Shown one piece after another: positions 1 to 9,639 of a DNA stretch of 64,000 bases (positions are counted from its first letter, which is position 1; each line of letters begins with the position of its first letter). A program made the translations under genes and the position numbers. The notes under the pieces are model-generated. The model saw only the letters and a list, made by a program, of their open reading frames with translations, made no database searches and was not told the DNA's origin. This DNA comes from a virus (Duplodnaviria > Heunggongvirae > Uroviricota > Caudoviricetes), in the IMG/VR virus record IMGVR_UViG_3300031957_002393, positions 20,373 to 84,372 of that record; one strand, given 5' to 3'.

Positions 1-986
1 GGCACGGGCCGATTGCGTTGTACAGGAGCCCCGAGGTCCCCATCAGCCCAGCCCCCATGAATAACACCATTGACTGCATGGGACTCATACGCCAGACGAG
101 GTGTAGGGTCAGAGTTGCGCATGTCACCTGTCTGGTAGATGAGTACCTTGAGCGCATTCTCTGGCGCTGTACCCGACAGGCGAACACGCGCACCGCGTTG
201 AAGGTCAGACACCGTGGTGCCCAACTGGTTAGACTCGGACACCGATGTACCTGTAGGGTCGCCGCCCCTGTTGTCCAATGCCCGAAGGGGACCGAAAGCA
301 ACACGCTCTGATAGCTCAGAAGAAGCGCTGCGGTTACCGAACGGATCCTCGTATACGGCGCACACCTTCCATCGACCACGAAGGGTACCGCTATCCGCAC
401 CCGAGAGCTTATCGCCGGGTGTGCCCAAGCCGCCAGGGAAGCAATACCCGAAAGAGCCAGGAGCGTAACGGTTACGCAACGAAGCCGGAGGGTTTGCAGG
501 TCCCTCAAAGTCGGGAGGACTCGGGGTCTCAGTGAAGCCAAGATCCATAGTCATGTAGTTCATGTCGATGAGTTTAGGTCGAACAAACCCATCGCAGTAA
601 ATGACGTAGTTGCCGAAGGTAACCATTTGGGGAGGGAACATGGCATCACGGTCATCGCGAACGCCTGCTACAAGATTCTGCCAAGTATCTCCGTTACGAC
701 GGTGAGCGTAAAGTCTACCCCCTGCAGCAACGAGTAGCATCTCAGCAGTGCCGCCAAACACCATCGCGTGGTGGATAGCATACATATCACCAAAGTCAGT
801 GGGCGAACCGCTCCAATCACTAAGGTGCTTTGGTTCGTAGAGTGTGGGCCCGGCAACCGATCGCAGCGTACCATCAGCTGTTACTTCCATGTTCAAGATG
901 AGTTGAGCGAGAGCAGACGGAGCGTAACGCGCACTCGTCTGCCCACGGGGTAACAGGATGTTTTGGTGCAACGGTGCCGGGCACAT
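1..986 (-). CDS. virion (tail/fibre-like) structural protein, partial; runs off window start
   Basis: Manual minus-strand translation: ATG at 986-984 preceded by in-frame stop (989-987), then open through position 1 (>328 codons, Gly/Pro/Thr-rich). Not in ORF track because no stop in window. Tightly follows upstream gene (stop 1000). Confidence 0.5.
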   Translation of the reverse strand, partial: MCPAPLHQNILLPRGQTSARYAPSALAQLILNMEVTADGTLRSVAGPTLYEPKHLSDWSGSPTDFGDMYAIHHAMVFGGTAEMLLVAAGGRLYAHRRNGDTWQNLVAGVRDDRDAMFPPQMVTFGNYVIYCDGFVRPKLIDMNYMTMDLGFTETPSPPDFEGPANPPASLRNRYAPGSFGYCFPGGLGTPGDKLSGADSGTLRGRWKVCAVYEDPFGNRSASSELSERVAFGPLRALDNRGGDPTGTSVSESNQLGTTVSDLQRGARVRLSGTAPENALKVLIYQTGDMRNSDPTPRLAYESHAVNGVIHGGWADGDLGAPVQRNRPV

Positions 987-999
987 TCATCACCTCTAC

Positions 1000-1503
1000 T
1001 CAGACGCGACCAGCCATCGCACGGAAGGCTTGACGTGCACGTTGAAGCTCTACCTTATCAGCACGAGCCTTGGCGCGCTTCGCTTCGATAGCCGACTCTT
1101 CCTTTCGGTTGGCATAGATAGACTTCTTGTCATCAGCCGTCAGCGTGTCAACGCCTTCAAGAGACAGCACGTCCTCACGCTTCCAGTAGTCAGTCGCCTT
1201 TTCCTCTCCCTCAAGCAGAGGGAAGCGGTGAGGCCAGTTGATCGGTCGGTACTCGTTAGACACCTTCACCCAATCAACCGGGTGCGGTTGAGCGTCAGTC
1301 CACTGAGAAGTAGCGTTGGTGATGGTGTGACCTCCGCCGAGATCGACTTCCCATGCAGTATCAGAGACAGTGCGAACACCGCCAGCACCACGGATTTCAG
1401 GGCGGCTAATCTTGGTGACAATGGCCTCATGCTCCTTAAAAGAAGCATTCCACTTCACACGGGAACCAAAAGCCGGTGGGTTTTCCATGAAGAACGGTTT
1501 CAT
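1000..1503 (-). CDS. hypothetical virion-module protein (167 aa)
   Basis: ORF with ATGA start/stop overlap with upstream 578-aa gene (translational coupling); same operon as capsid gene. Confidence 0.5.
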   Translation of the reverse strand: MKPFFMENPPAFGSRVKWNASFKEHEAIVTKISRPEIRGAGGVRTVSDTAWEVDLGGGHTITNATSQWTDAQPHPVDWVKVSNEYRPINWPHRFPLLEGEEKATDYWKREDVLSLEGVDTLTADDKKSIYANRKEESAIEAKRAKARADKVELQRARQAFRAMAGRV

Positions 1504-3236
1504 GCGATAGTTACCTTCGAGCGGGGTTGGTAGGGGTGACTGCGGCGAATCGAGCCAGGAACGATCTCCCCCGCTGTGGAGCCTTCGTTGGCCGCCAGAT
1601 TAGCCGCTGCCTCATAGTAACGGGTTTCGGAGTTGTTGGCAGCGCTCTCGTCACCATCAATCCGTTGAATTTGTGACATGACCTTGTAGAACAGGGCGTT
1701 GAGCCCCGGGCGCTTGAGCTTGACGTAGTGGTAGTCATGCGTCATCTCGTGGGGCACACGGCGCACACGGCACCGTAGGGAGGTGTCAGCATCAGGCATA
1801 CCATGGTAACCATAACCGTAGTAGCCGACAGAGGGCACAAGCGGCACCTCAAAGTCAGGCACGACACTGCCATCCCATTCATACGCGCCGTAACGAGGCA
1901 CACCACTAACAGTAACAGAAGCAGTAGGCTCAACCTCGGTCAACAGGTAGAAGCGTTCGTTAGTGGGGATGTTTTTGTACTTGCCTCCATCCTCCTTCAA
2001 CGCTACGACTCGAATCCACCACGCAATGCGCATGCCGCTACGGCCCCGGAATGTGGTACCGCCGAGTGTCAAGTTATCGTCAAAACCAAGAGCCGCATCG
2101 ACGTTGTAAGCCTCGAACACCACCGATGGAGTAGCGATTACGCTCGGGTCAAAGGTGGCAATGGGCGAAGGAGCCGATTCCCACAAGGGCTCTTGGATAC
2201 CACGGGGACGAACAGCTTCCACCATGTCAGTACGCTTACCCCATCGAATAGTGTAGCAGGCTTCAATCTGAACCTGCGGAAACTCAATAGGTGACGCCCA
2301 ACCAGATTCACCCGCGTGAATGAGCGGTGTAGCGATGGGGTCTGGCAACGCAAACTTGTTCTCACGCCAAATGACACGCAGGTCAGATGTAGACGAACCG
2401 ATGTTATTGCGGTAGGTGAGATACTTTGCAGCGGTAGAAGCTTGCACCTCTTCGATAGGAGCCTCACGTCCCTCACGAGTCTCGTAAGGGTAGGGCTTAA
2501 CTTCACGCGTATCGCCAGGGAACCACAAATGCTTTTGGTAAATGATGACGTTGGTGACGACAGAGATTGCGTCGAAGGGGCACGGGTCCACAATCGACAC
2601 GTAGTAAGCGTAAGTCAAAGGAACAGAGCCTACGATTGCTTCACGCCACCATTCACGGGATTGGATGTCAAACGATTGACCGTCAGCAGTGTTTACACGA
2701 AGCCAATAGCGACCATCCCACGTACCGAGGATGTTAGGCACCCAATCAGTAAGAGTGCCATCGGCAGCAGTACGGAACTCAAGAACACGATCATTAATGA
2801 TCGCGGGAGGCGAGTGGGACGACGGAATCTTTACACCGACACCAAGGTCGCCAAGGTCAATCACTTTTAGAAGATCAACCTCTTCTTCCTCATGGTCGAA
2901 CGCATCGGGTGCCGCATCGTGCAAATCACCCAACGCCATGTTGATTTCGTCGTTGAACATCGTAATGGTGCTCGACGAATCCAGCGTGTAACCAAGGCGC
3001 TTGGCGATCATCTGGCGGATACGAGTCAACGTTTGTAGCGGTGCAGCCATCGCCACCTCCGAGAGCCAGTGTAGCACGATCCAAAAGGAAACGCCCGCCC
3101 CATCGAGGTGATGAGACGGGCGTAGGGTGGCCGAACGGGGGAAGGAGAGTGATCGGCGCGAGGTTGAGCGGGCTCGGTCTCCGGGCACGACTCGAAGGGG
3201 CACCCAGAGCATAACGCCCTGGGCACCCGGCGTCAA
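1500..3236 (-). CDS. large virion structural protein (578 aa)
   Basis: Long ORF in minus-strand structural operon immediately downstream of 232-aa gene (3237 start/3236 adjacent); protein-like composition. Confidence 0.55.
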   Translation of the reverse strand: MTPGAQGVMLWVPLRVVPGDRARSTSRRSLSFPRSATLRPSHHLDGAGVSFWIVLHWLSEVAMAAPLQTLTRIRQMIAKRLGYTLDSSSTITMFNDEINMALGDLHDAAPDAFDHEEEEVDLLKVIDLGDLGVGVKIPSSHSPPAIINDRVLEFRTAADGTLTDWVPNILGTWDGRYWLRVNTADGQSFDIQSREWWREAIVGSVPLTYAYYVSIVDPCPFDAISVVTNVIIYQKHLWFPGDTREVKPYPYETREGREAPIEEVQASTAAKYLTYRNNIGSSTSDLRVIWRENKFALPDPIATPLIHAGESGWASPIEFPQVQIEACYTIRWGKRTDMVEAVRPRGIQEPLWESAPSPIATFDPSVIATPSVVFEAYNVDAALGFDDNLTLGGTTFRGRSGMRIAWWIRVVALKEDGGKYKNIPTNERFYLLTEVEPTASVTVSGVPRYGAYEWDGSVVPDFEVPLVPSVGYYGYGYHGMPDADTSLRCRVRRVPHEMTHDYHYVKLKRPGLNALFYKVMSQIQRIDGDESAANNSETRYYEAAANLAANEGSTAGEIVPGSIRRSHPYQPRSKVTIA

Positions 3237-3935
3237 CTACCCGAGGCGAATACGGCCGGTGTTGGTGGCCGTAATGGCCGCCATGCCGGTACCAACGGGA
3301 CCACCCGCAGCCTTCTCCCACCGAGCAATGATGACATCGCCAGTGGTAGCCGTGCCGCCCGTGTTATCCACCACATCATCGTCGATACTCACAACCTCAG
3401 ACGTACGGTCAGTGATCAGACCCGAAGTACCGTCCTGCTCAACAAAGCTGATGAGACGATCCTCAGCCTTGATGCCGGTGATGGCGTGGGCACCAGCAGC
3501 GCCGCCAGCACGCTGAAAACGACCTTCACGGGCCACAGCGGTGATGAAGCCGCCAGCAGTACCGCCCATAGCAATCGGCAGGTCAGCGGTAATACCACCG
3601 GTACCAGCTAGAGCAAGGCACTCACCCCGAACAACAACCCAACCGACGTAACCGACACCGATAGCGGCAACGGTCACACCCTGGAATCGCTCATGCGGAG
3701 AGTCAGTGGACGAAAGCTCGACGTGGGACGAAACAGTCTCTCCATCCTCAGTCACAACAGAGCGAGCTGCAGCGATAGAGGAAGCAGAGGTGTTCTTGAC
3801 GAGCTTGACCTTCTGCGGGCCGTAGGTAGGATCGTCGTATTCGTGAATACGTCCGAGGTAGTTGTCGATGGAAGGGAGAGAAGTCGAAAGGACAGTCTCA
3901 CCCATAGGAATCGGAAGTGTAGTTTCAACAGCCAC
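3237..3935 (-). CDS. Gly/Ala/Thr-rich structural protein (232 aa), possible head decoration/fibre
   Basis: ORF 13 nt downstream of putative capsid gene; repeated GGTAGG / GGAAGA glycine-rich segments. Confidence 0.45.
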   Translation of the reverse strand: MAVETTLPIPMGETVLSTSLPSIDNYLGRIHEYDDPTYGPQKVKLVKNTSASSIAAARSVVTEDGETVSSHVELSSTDSPHERFQGVTVAAIGVGYVGWVVVRGECLALAGTGGITADLPIAMGGTAGGFITAVAREGRFQRAGGAAGAHAITGIKAEDRLISFVEQDGTSGLITDRTSEVVSIDDDVVDNTGGTATTGDVIIARWEKAAGGPVGTGMAAITATNTGRIRLG

Positions 3936-3947
3936 AGTAACCTCCTC

Positions 3948-5057
3948 TTAGGCGTCGATGTTAGCGGTAACACCATGGCCCTTGAGGTTCTCAACGAACC
4001 AGTTGCCATGGAGGAAGAGCTTGCAAACGTAGATACGCTGCTGGCCAGGATCCTCAACGAAGTCATCCTGCAGACCCTTAATCATAGCGGCCTTGTCGGA
4101 ACCACCCTTGAGCAAGGAGAAGAAGAAGATGCTTCGAGTGTTGAGGTGCAGCGCAACACCGCCCTGCGCAGACGAAGTAGTGTACTGCGACGGGTCGATG
4201 TACGGGGAGCTAAAGGCACGCACACCGGGGCCGAGCTGCGTCACGTAGGTCATAGCCTCCATGTCTCGGCCGTTGTCCTTCGTGTTCACAATCTGAAGGT
4301 TGGAGACAATGCTCGCCTGCAGGTTCACGAAAGCGGCGCTGGACATAGCGACGAGATCAGCGCCGTTGCCTCCAGTGATATCGTGGACTCGCGTAAGACG
4401 CTGAGTCTCAATCATCGAGGCGAAACCATCAGTCGACCAGTCGGTAGCCACTTGGTACTGGTTGTAGTGCTCGTTCGCCGTGTTCTTGGCGAGATTCATC
4501 ACAAGCTGACCAGCACTCGTCTGGTTAGCAGGAGTGTCGTAGTCGAGCAGTCCGTGGATGTTACCGGTCTTAGTCCCAGTAGAATGGTCACCATCGAGGG
4601 TAAGCATGTTCTTGAGCTGACCGGCCGCAAACACACGAGCCTGCGTCTGACCGCCGATGAAGTGGCCCATGATGTCCTGAACCCAACCACGCCCAGCCAC
4701 ACCCTTACGCTTCTTCACGAGGTCATAAACCTCAGCGTTCTGGGTACCGATCTTGTCCATCTCCACCTGGGTGAGAACAATGTCGGAAGCGAGAGCAACG
4801 GGAGAGACCTTGACCAGCTCGGTCACGTTGTACGAAGACCGAGGCACAGTGGTGAGACCGGTATCATCGATCTCAACACCCTGAGTACCGGCACGAGGGA
4901 AGAGCGCCTGCTCAAACTCGTAGCCGCCACTCTTGCGCTTCACGTTACCCTGGGTAACCAGCTTCTCAAGGATGGGGTCGTTCTGGGTGAAGTTGATGTA
5001 GTCGTTCTTGAACCACTCACGGTTCGCCATGTTGATTACGTCGAGATGCCCACTCAT
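3948..5057 (-). CDS. putative major capsid protein (369 aa)
   Basis: First gene of minus-strand operon divergent from terminase-portal-scaffold operon; size and composition compatible with HK97-fold coat protein; no other capsid candidate after scaffold gene. Family not verified. Confidence 0.4.
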   Translation of the reverse strand: MSGHLDVINMANREWFKNDYINFTQNDPILEKLVTQGNVKRKSGGYEFEQALFPRAGTQGVEIDDTGLTTVPRSSYNVTELVKVSPVALASDIVLTQVEMDKIGTQNAEVYDLVKKRKGVAGRGWVQDIMGHFIGGQTQARVFAAGQLKNMLTLDGDHSTGTKTGNIHGLLDYDTPANQTSAGQLVMNLAKNTANEHYNQYQVATDWSTDGFASMIETQRLTRVHDITGGNGADLVAMSSAAFVNLQASIVSNLQIVNTKDNGRDMEAMTYVTQLGPGVRAFSSPYIDPSQYTTSSAQGGVALHLNTRSIFFFSLLKGGSDKAAMIKGLQDDFVEDPGQQRIYVCKLFLHGNWFVENLKGHGVTANIDA

Positions 5058-5240
5058 TTTGGGCCTCCGGGGAATAGGGGAGAAACAGGGGTCTGTGTCT
5101 CGCGCCTACCCGGACTGACGATGGACCCCTCTCTGGGGCTACCCATGGCGCCGGAACGCTCGCAGTGATAAGGTAGCAGGTACACGAAGGAGCGGCAAGC
5201 AGAAAGTTGGCTGCACCTCAGATGCTACCCAGGTGTCCAC

Positions 5241-6983
5241 ATGACCGTCACAGCCCCCAACGTAGAGATCAACTTGCCGCTGGGCATGAAGTTGTTTCGG
5301 CCCCCGGGAGCCCACGAACGCTATGACGACATGATGGCACAGTTCTTCGCTACGCCTTATGCGTTTTGTTATGTGTGCCCCATCGTCACAATCAACGATG
5401 TCGTTGAGATGATGCAACCCACGGATAATCAGAAACTGGTGGCAACGAAGGCGCAAGACAGTAGGTTTATTTGGGTTAACAAGTATCGTCAGGCGTTCAT
5501 CACTACACTCATGGACATGATGCTTTTGCGTGATTGTATGTACGGGGAAGGCATTCAGGGCGCGTTCGTTGCACAGAAAGAAGACACCCACAAAGAGCAC
5601 ATGCGGCGCATTTCCTTCACGTACAACAAGATGAAAGAGGATCCCATCCTATCAAAGTTCATCGTGCCGTTGAAGAAGAATACAAGCGCAACGATTTCAG
5701 GTATTGAGTTCATTCACGGTGGTGGTATTTGGCCTATCACTGCGGGCTCTGACAGCCCGGGTGTCGGTCGCTCCTTCTCTCGTGTTGTGGAGACAGAGAG
5801 TTGCGAGATGCCCGCCGAAGACTTCCATAGGCTGAACACAAAGTTCTACCCTACGATCACCAAGCGACCCTTCGGTCGTATTTGGCGAGAGAGCACTCCG
5901 GGTAAAGCAGAAACACCCCAACACCGTGCTTGGCTAAAGGCACTCAAGGGTAACAGTCGATTTGAGCCTGTGTTTTTGAAGTGGTGGGAAGATAGCGTCA
6001 ACACGGTACCCTTGAGTGACAAGTTCTCGCCAATCACAGAAGAAGAGAAGGAATACGCTCGACGCCTTAAAGGCATCACAAAGGGGCACGTTTACTTTCG
6101 CCGCTTTGAGATTAGCGACTTCTGTGACGGTGACGAGAATCTGTTTGAGGTCAAGTACCCGAGCGGCCCTCTCAAGGGTTGGACACGCAGCACAGGCACA
6201 GTGTTCGATCAACACCGTCTACAGAAAATGTACGACACGTCAATCAGCGATGACACGGGACGAAACATCAATCATTACTGCCTCGTTGCCAAGAAGCCCA
6301 ACCCTTATCATCGTTACGTTCTGGTAATCGACCCGACGGACTTCGGGGCCACGGGCGATAATGCGGCTATGATCATGTTTGACCGCTGTGACTGGGAAGA
6401 GGTAGCTAAGTGGGAAGGACGGGAAGACCCTACGAAAAGCTACCCCCGTGCAAAGGAAATGTGCAAATACTACAACAACGCCACAATGGTCATCGAGAGC
6501 AACTGCTCTGCCTTCATTGCCTTAGCTACAAGGGATGACGAACCTGACGCTCCACCAATCTACTACGAAAAGAAAGACAAGCCCGGTTGGCGAGCTACAT
6601 CAAAGTCTATTCAGGAAGGTGAGGCCGCGGTTAATGAGCTACTCAAGGAAGAGGTGTTCACATTGAACTTCGCCTCTACCATTGAGCAGATGCTACACTT
6701 CGATGGTAACAAGCGTGACCGACGAGTACGCAATACCCGTGGCGAAAAAAGTCACTTCGATTCGGCGCGCTGCGCTGTCATCGCCGCTCACTGGCTGTAC
6801 AATGGGGGCTACTGCGCCCCCATCTCGGAGGAAGAGCTGCGGAAGCTACGCGAGGCACAAGCCGAGAGAGACGAGGCTATCGCCCGTGAGCGATTCATCG
6901 CTGCGCTCAAGCGCAACGGACGTTACGAGGATCCCAACGCCGACAGCGTGTGGGCACCTGGGGCAGCTCGGAGGATGATGTGA
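5241..6983 (+). CDS. terL: terminase large subunit (putative)
   Basis: 580 aa. C-terminal region has nuclease-like motifs YVLVIDPTDFGATGDNAAMIMFD and MVIESNCSAF (terminase RNaseH-like D...D...E-x-N pattern); directly precedes portal-sized gene. No canonical Walker A seen, start codon uncertain. Confidence 0.5.
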   Translation: MTVTAPNVEINLPLGMKLFRPPGAHERYDDMMAQFFATPYAFCYVCPIVTINDVVEMMQPTDNQKLVATKAQDSRFIWVNKYRQAFITTLMDMMLLRDCMYGEGIQGAFVAQKEDTHKEHMRRISFTYNKMKEDPILSKFIVPLKKNTSATISGIEFIHGGGIWPITAGSDSPGVGRSFSRVVETESCEMPAEDFHRLNTKFYPTITKRPFGRIWRESTPGKAETPQHRAWLKALKGNSRFEPVFLKWWEDSVNTVPLSDKFSPITEEEKEYARRLKGITKGHVYFRRFEISDFCDGDENLFEVKYPSGPLKGWTRSTGTVFDQHRLQKMYDTSISDDTGRNINHYCLVAKKPNPYHRYVLVIDPTDFGATGDNAAMIMFDRCDWEEVAKWEGREDPTKSYPRAKEMCKYYNNATMVIESNCSAFIALATRDDEPDAPPIYYEKKDKPGWRATSKSIQEGEAAVNELLKEEVFTLNFASTIEQMLHFDGNKRDRRVRNTRGEKSHFDSARCAVIAAHWLYNGGYCAPISEEELRKLREAQAERDEAIARERFIAALKRNGRYEDPNADSVWAPGAARRMM

Positions 6984-8671
6984 AGCCAAAGCAACTTAGA
7001 GCCCTCGTTCGGCGACACAAAGAACGATACAGGCAGGAAGAGAAGGATCTATTCGAGCTGAACACTCGATTCTACAATGGTGCCTTCTACGAGAACTCGC
7101 AACAGCGTTTCAGTCTGATGCGCCATGGCTCCACGGGTACGCCTCTTGCTGCTGTCAACCTAATCTTCGCTCTTACGGAATCCGTTTGCTCGTCTATGCT
7201 CGGGCGAGACATCAGTGTTGTAGCGAAGGGAGCAGACGAAAAATCTGAGCAGTTTGAGTTCATCGTTACGCGAATGCTTGCGAATGAGTTCGCACGCAAC
7301 AAGTTCCGTATGACAGCACAGGTGTCGCTAACTGACGCTGTGTTGAATCGACGTGGTTGCTTCAAGGTCATCCCGGATAAAGCCAACCAAGGAGCAAGGA
7401 TTCTTGAGGTGCATCCACGGTACCTCGGTTACTCTCCAGATGCACGGGTGTTAGACGATTCGTCGTACTTCATCCAATGCGTACCTCTGCCGTGGCGTCA
7501 GTTCAAAGCCAACATTGACAGCGGAGCCTACCTGTCACCGAAGAAGGGAGCCAAGCCCGAAGGCTTACCTCAATGGGCAGCAACAGATGAAGAGCAGCGA
7601 CATCGTGATATCTTCGGTTACGCTACCATGTGGGAAATTTACGACACATGGGAAGGCAAAGTTTATCACTACCATGAGTGTAGTGAGCAGGTGTTGTACG
7701 AAGGTCAACCGAGTAACCACCCTTTTGGTATGTTCAGCCTCAACACGAACCAGCGGAACCTCGATGGTTTGAGTGAAGTGGAGTTGATCCTTGAGCAACA
7801 GGTTGCGTTGAATGACTTCCGTTCGACTGTGAATCAACTTGCCTACACGCTCATCCCTCGGATGATGTACGATGCAGGCATGATTGACGAAGACCAGTTG
7901 ACGAGGGTTTTACACGGCTCCGTTGGCGGCTTTGTTCCCGTGAAGCGAAAAGGCAATGCTGTACAGAAGCAGGCGGATTTAAGCCAAATCTTCCGTGAGG
8001 TACCACGGCCGCAGATTCATGGTGACATGATCAACGCCATGAACACAGCGATGTCGGATGCACAGTTTGTAAGCTCACTCATGCCACAGAACCGTGGCCA
8101 AGCGGTTAACATTCGTACAGCTAAGGAAGCCAGTTTGATTGAGGCTCAGGAGAGAAATCGTATCAGCGGGCGCATGGCTAACATGGAAATCAACGGCATC
8201 GTCCCTGTGGCAGAACGGGTACTGTACTACATTAAGAAGTACAGGCAGGGACCGCACACAGTCAAGATGGGTAAGCAGGACTGGCAGCAACTCAGCGGAA
8301 ATGACCTGTTGTCGTTCAAGGGCTCGTATCAGTTAACGGCTCAGTCGCCAGTCAAGACAAACCCAGCCATCATCGCAGAAAACTTAGGTCAACTGCAAAA
8401 CATGCTCGTGCAAAACCCAGACATCAACATGCGTGAGGTCATCGCCCTTATTTTCGAGGGCATGGGGATTCCGAAGGAGCGAGTGTTGCTTTCTCCCGAG
8501 GAAACGGCTAAGATCCAAGAGCAGATGGCCGCACAACAAGCCGCACAACAAGGCGGCGTGAACCCCGACGCCATGGTGGCTGCGAGCGAGCAGGCCGCAC
8601 AAGAAGATCCCTCCGGGGGTCTCGCGACCGCAGAGCAAACGGCTGCTGCAGCCCAGGAGATGATGGGATGA
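6950..8671 (+). CDS. portal protein (putative)
   Basis: 573-aa ORF immediately after terminase (34-nt out-of-frame overlap, GTG start; alternative GTG 6977), followed by scaffold-like genes; assignment by size/synteny only. Confidence 0.45.
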   Translation: MGTWGSSEDDVKPKQLRALVRRHKERYRQEEKDLFELNTRFYNGAFYENSQQRFSLMRHGSTGTPLAAVNLIFALTESVCSSMLGRDISVVAKGADEKSEQFEFIVTRMLANEFARNKFRMTAQVSLTDAVLNRRGCFKVIPDKANQGARILEVHPRYLGYSPDARVLDDSSYFIQCVPLPWRQFKANIDSGAYLSPKKGAKPEGLPQWAATDEEQRHRDIFGYATMWEIYDTWEGKVYHYHECSEQVLYEGQPSNHPFGMFSLNTNQRNLDGLSEVELILEQQVALNDFRSTVNQLAYTLIPRMMYDAGMIDEDQLTRVLHGSVGGFVPVKRKGNAVQKQADLSQIFREVPRPQIHGDMINAMNTAMSDAQFVSSLMPQNRGQAVNIRTAKEASLIEAQERNRISGRMANMEINGIVPVAERVLYYIKKYRQGPHTVKMGKQDWQQLSGNDLLSFKGSYQLTAQSPVKTNPAIIAENLGQLQNMLVQNPDINMREVIALIFEGMGIPKERVLLSPEETAKIQEQMAAQQAAQQGGVNPDAMVAASEQAAQEDPSGGLATAEQTAAAAQEMMG

Positions 8672-9090
8672 GCAGGATCAACTTCTACCACCGAAACTGC
8701 GACGATTGCGGTTACTACGACAGCGAAGCTTTGTACGAGGACGAGAAGAATGACCCGTGCCCATCTTGTGGTGGAAAGCTGTCGCTCAAGTCTGACGTTT
8801 CGCACCTAGCAGGCTTCAAGATTTTCCCTGAGATGAACCTTGGGGGTGTCACGCTCCGCTCTAAGGCAGAGAAGGACGCTTACTTCGCTCAAGCAAGAAA
8901 GGTCGACCCAGGCGCAGAACTCAACGTTACGCATGTAACAGAGCGTCAACAGCAACAGCGTCTCGATGAACAGCGCCACAAGGTCATTAAGGACTTCAAG
9001 GCCAAGGGTCTCGACGCTAAAGCAAAGCAGTTTGAGCAAACATCCTTGAAGCTAGATAAGAAACGCAAGCAAGCGAAGGGGTTAGCATGA
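8668..9090 (+). CDS. zinc-ribbon protein (140 aa)
   Basis: ATGA overlap with portal stop; CDDCGYY...x17...CPSCGG (CxxC-x17-CxxC) then Lys/Gln-rich tail. Confidence 0.5.
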   Translation: MSRINFYHRNCDDCGYYDSEALYEDEKNDPCPSCGGKLSLKSDVSHLAGFKIFPEMNLGGVTLRSKAEKDAYFAQARKVDPGAELNVTHVTERQQQQRLDEQRHKVIKDFKAKGLDAKAKQFEQTSLKLDKKRKQAKGLA

Positions 9091-9563
9091 CGATCATGAC
9101 ACCGAAGCTACAAGAGCTAATGGATGCCGTTCCTGACGACCCATCGCAAGTCATTCCGAATAAACACCTTCGGCCCATTTGGGTCGAGTTAGAGCGGGTT
9201 GCGGCTCGCGCAGATCAACCAACCGACAAGGATAGTAACATGGAAGAGAAGGATGAAGTCGCACCCGTTGAAGGTGGTGACATGGAAGCCGAAGAGAAGC
9301 CGGAAGGCATGGAAGAGGGGAAGCCGGAAGGTGGAAGCTCGAAGGCCAGCGATGAACAGAAGGCGAAGCTCGCAGAGCTTACCCAACTTGACATCGGCAT
9401 GATCGATGAGTTCATCGAGAAGGCGCTGGTAGCCATGAAGGACATGGGACAGGAGCCCTCCATTGACGCCCTCATTGTCCTTCTGGAGAGTGATCCCCAG
9501 ATGGCCGCCAACATGGGCCCTGCGATGGGAATGCGCTCCGATGGCGGCGGAACCGTGTTCTAA
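9087..9563 (+). CDS. highly acidic protein (158 aa), possible scaffold/head-assembly factor
   Basis: ATGA overlap with upstream gene; Glu/Asp-rich (EEKDEVAPVEGGDMEAEEKPEGMEEGKPEGG). Confidence 0.45.
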   Translation: MTIMTPKLQELMDAVPDDPSQVIPNKHLRPIWVELERVAARADQPTDKDSNMEEKDEVAPVEGGDMEAEEKPEGMEEGKPEGGSSKASDEQKAKLAELTQLDIGMIDEFIEKALVAMKDMGQEPSIDALIVLLESDPQMAANMGPAMGMRSDGGGTVF

Positions 9564-9590
9564 GGCGCATTCCGTGTTACACTGACTGCA

Positions 9591-9618
9591 AGGGGCCCAC
9601 ACGGGCCCCTCGCTTTTG
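9591..9618 (+). terminator. rho-independent terminator-like hairpin
   Basis: AGGGGCCC-ACAC-GGGCCCCT perfect 8-bp GC stem followed by CGCTTTTG, 28 nt after stop of 9087..9563. Confidence 0.6.
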
Positions 9619-9639
9619 AACCACGCAGGAGAGTCCCTG

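Noticed and set aside
668-874. 68-aa minus-strand ORF and several small plus ORFs (18-535) at the window start
   Set aside because: They lie inside, and out of frame with, the long minus-strand open frame (986 to beyond position 1) found by manual translation.
3693-5168. 491-aa plus-strand ORF (and 3752-4066, 4499-4702 minus ORFs) overlapping the putative capsid gene
   Set aside because: Antisense or alternate-frame open frames typical of high-GC coding DNA. Low-complexity Leu/Arg/Ser/Val-rich translations. The minus-strand 369-aa frame is the protein-like one.
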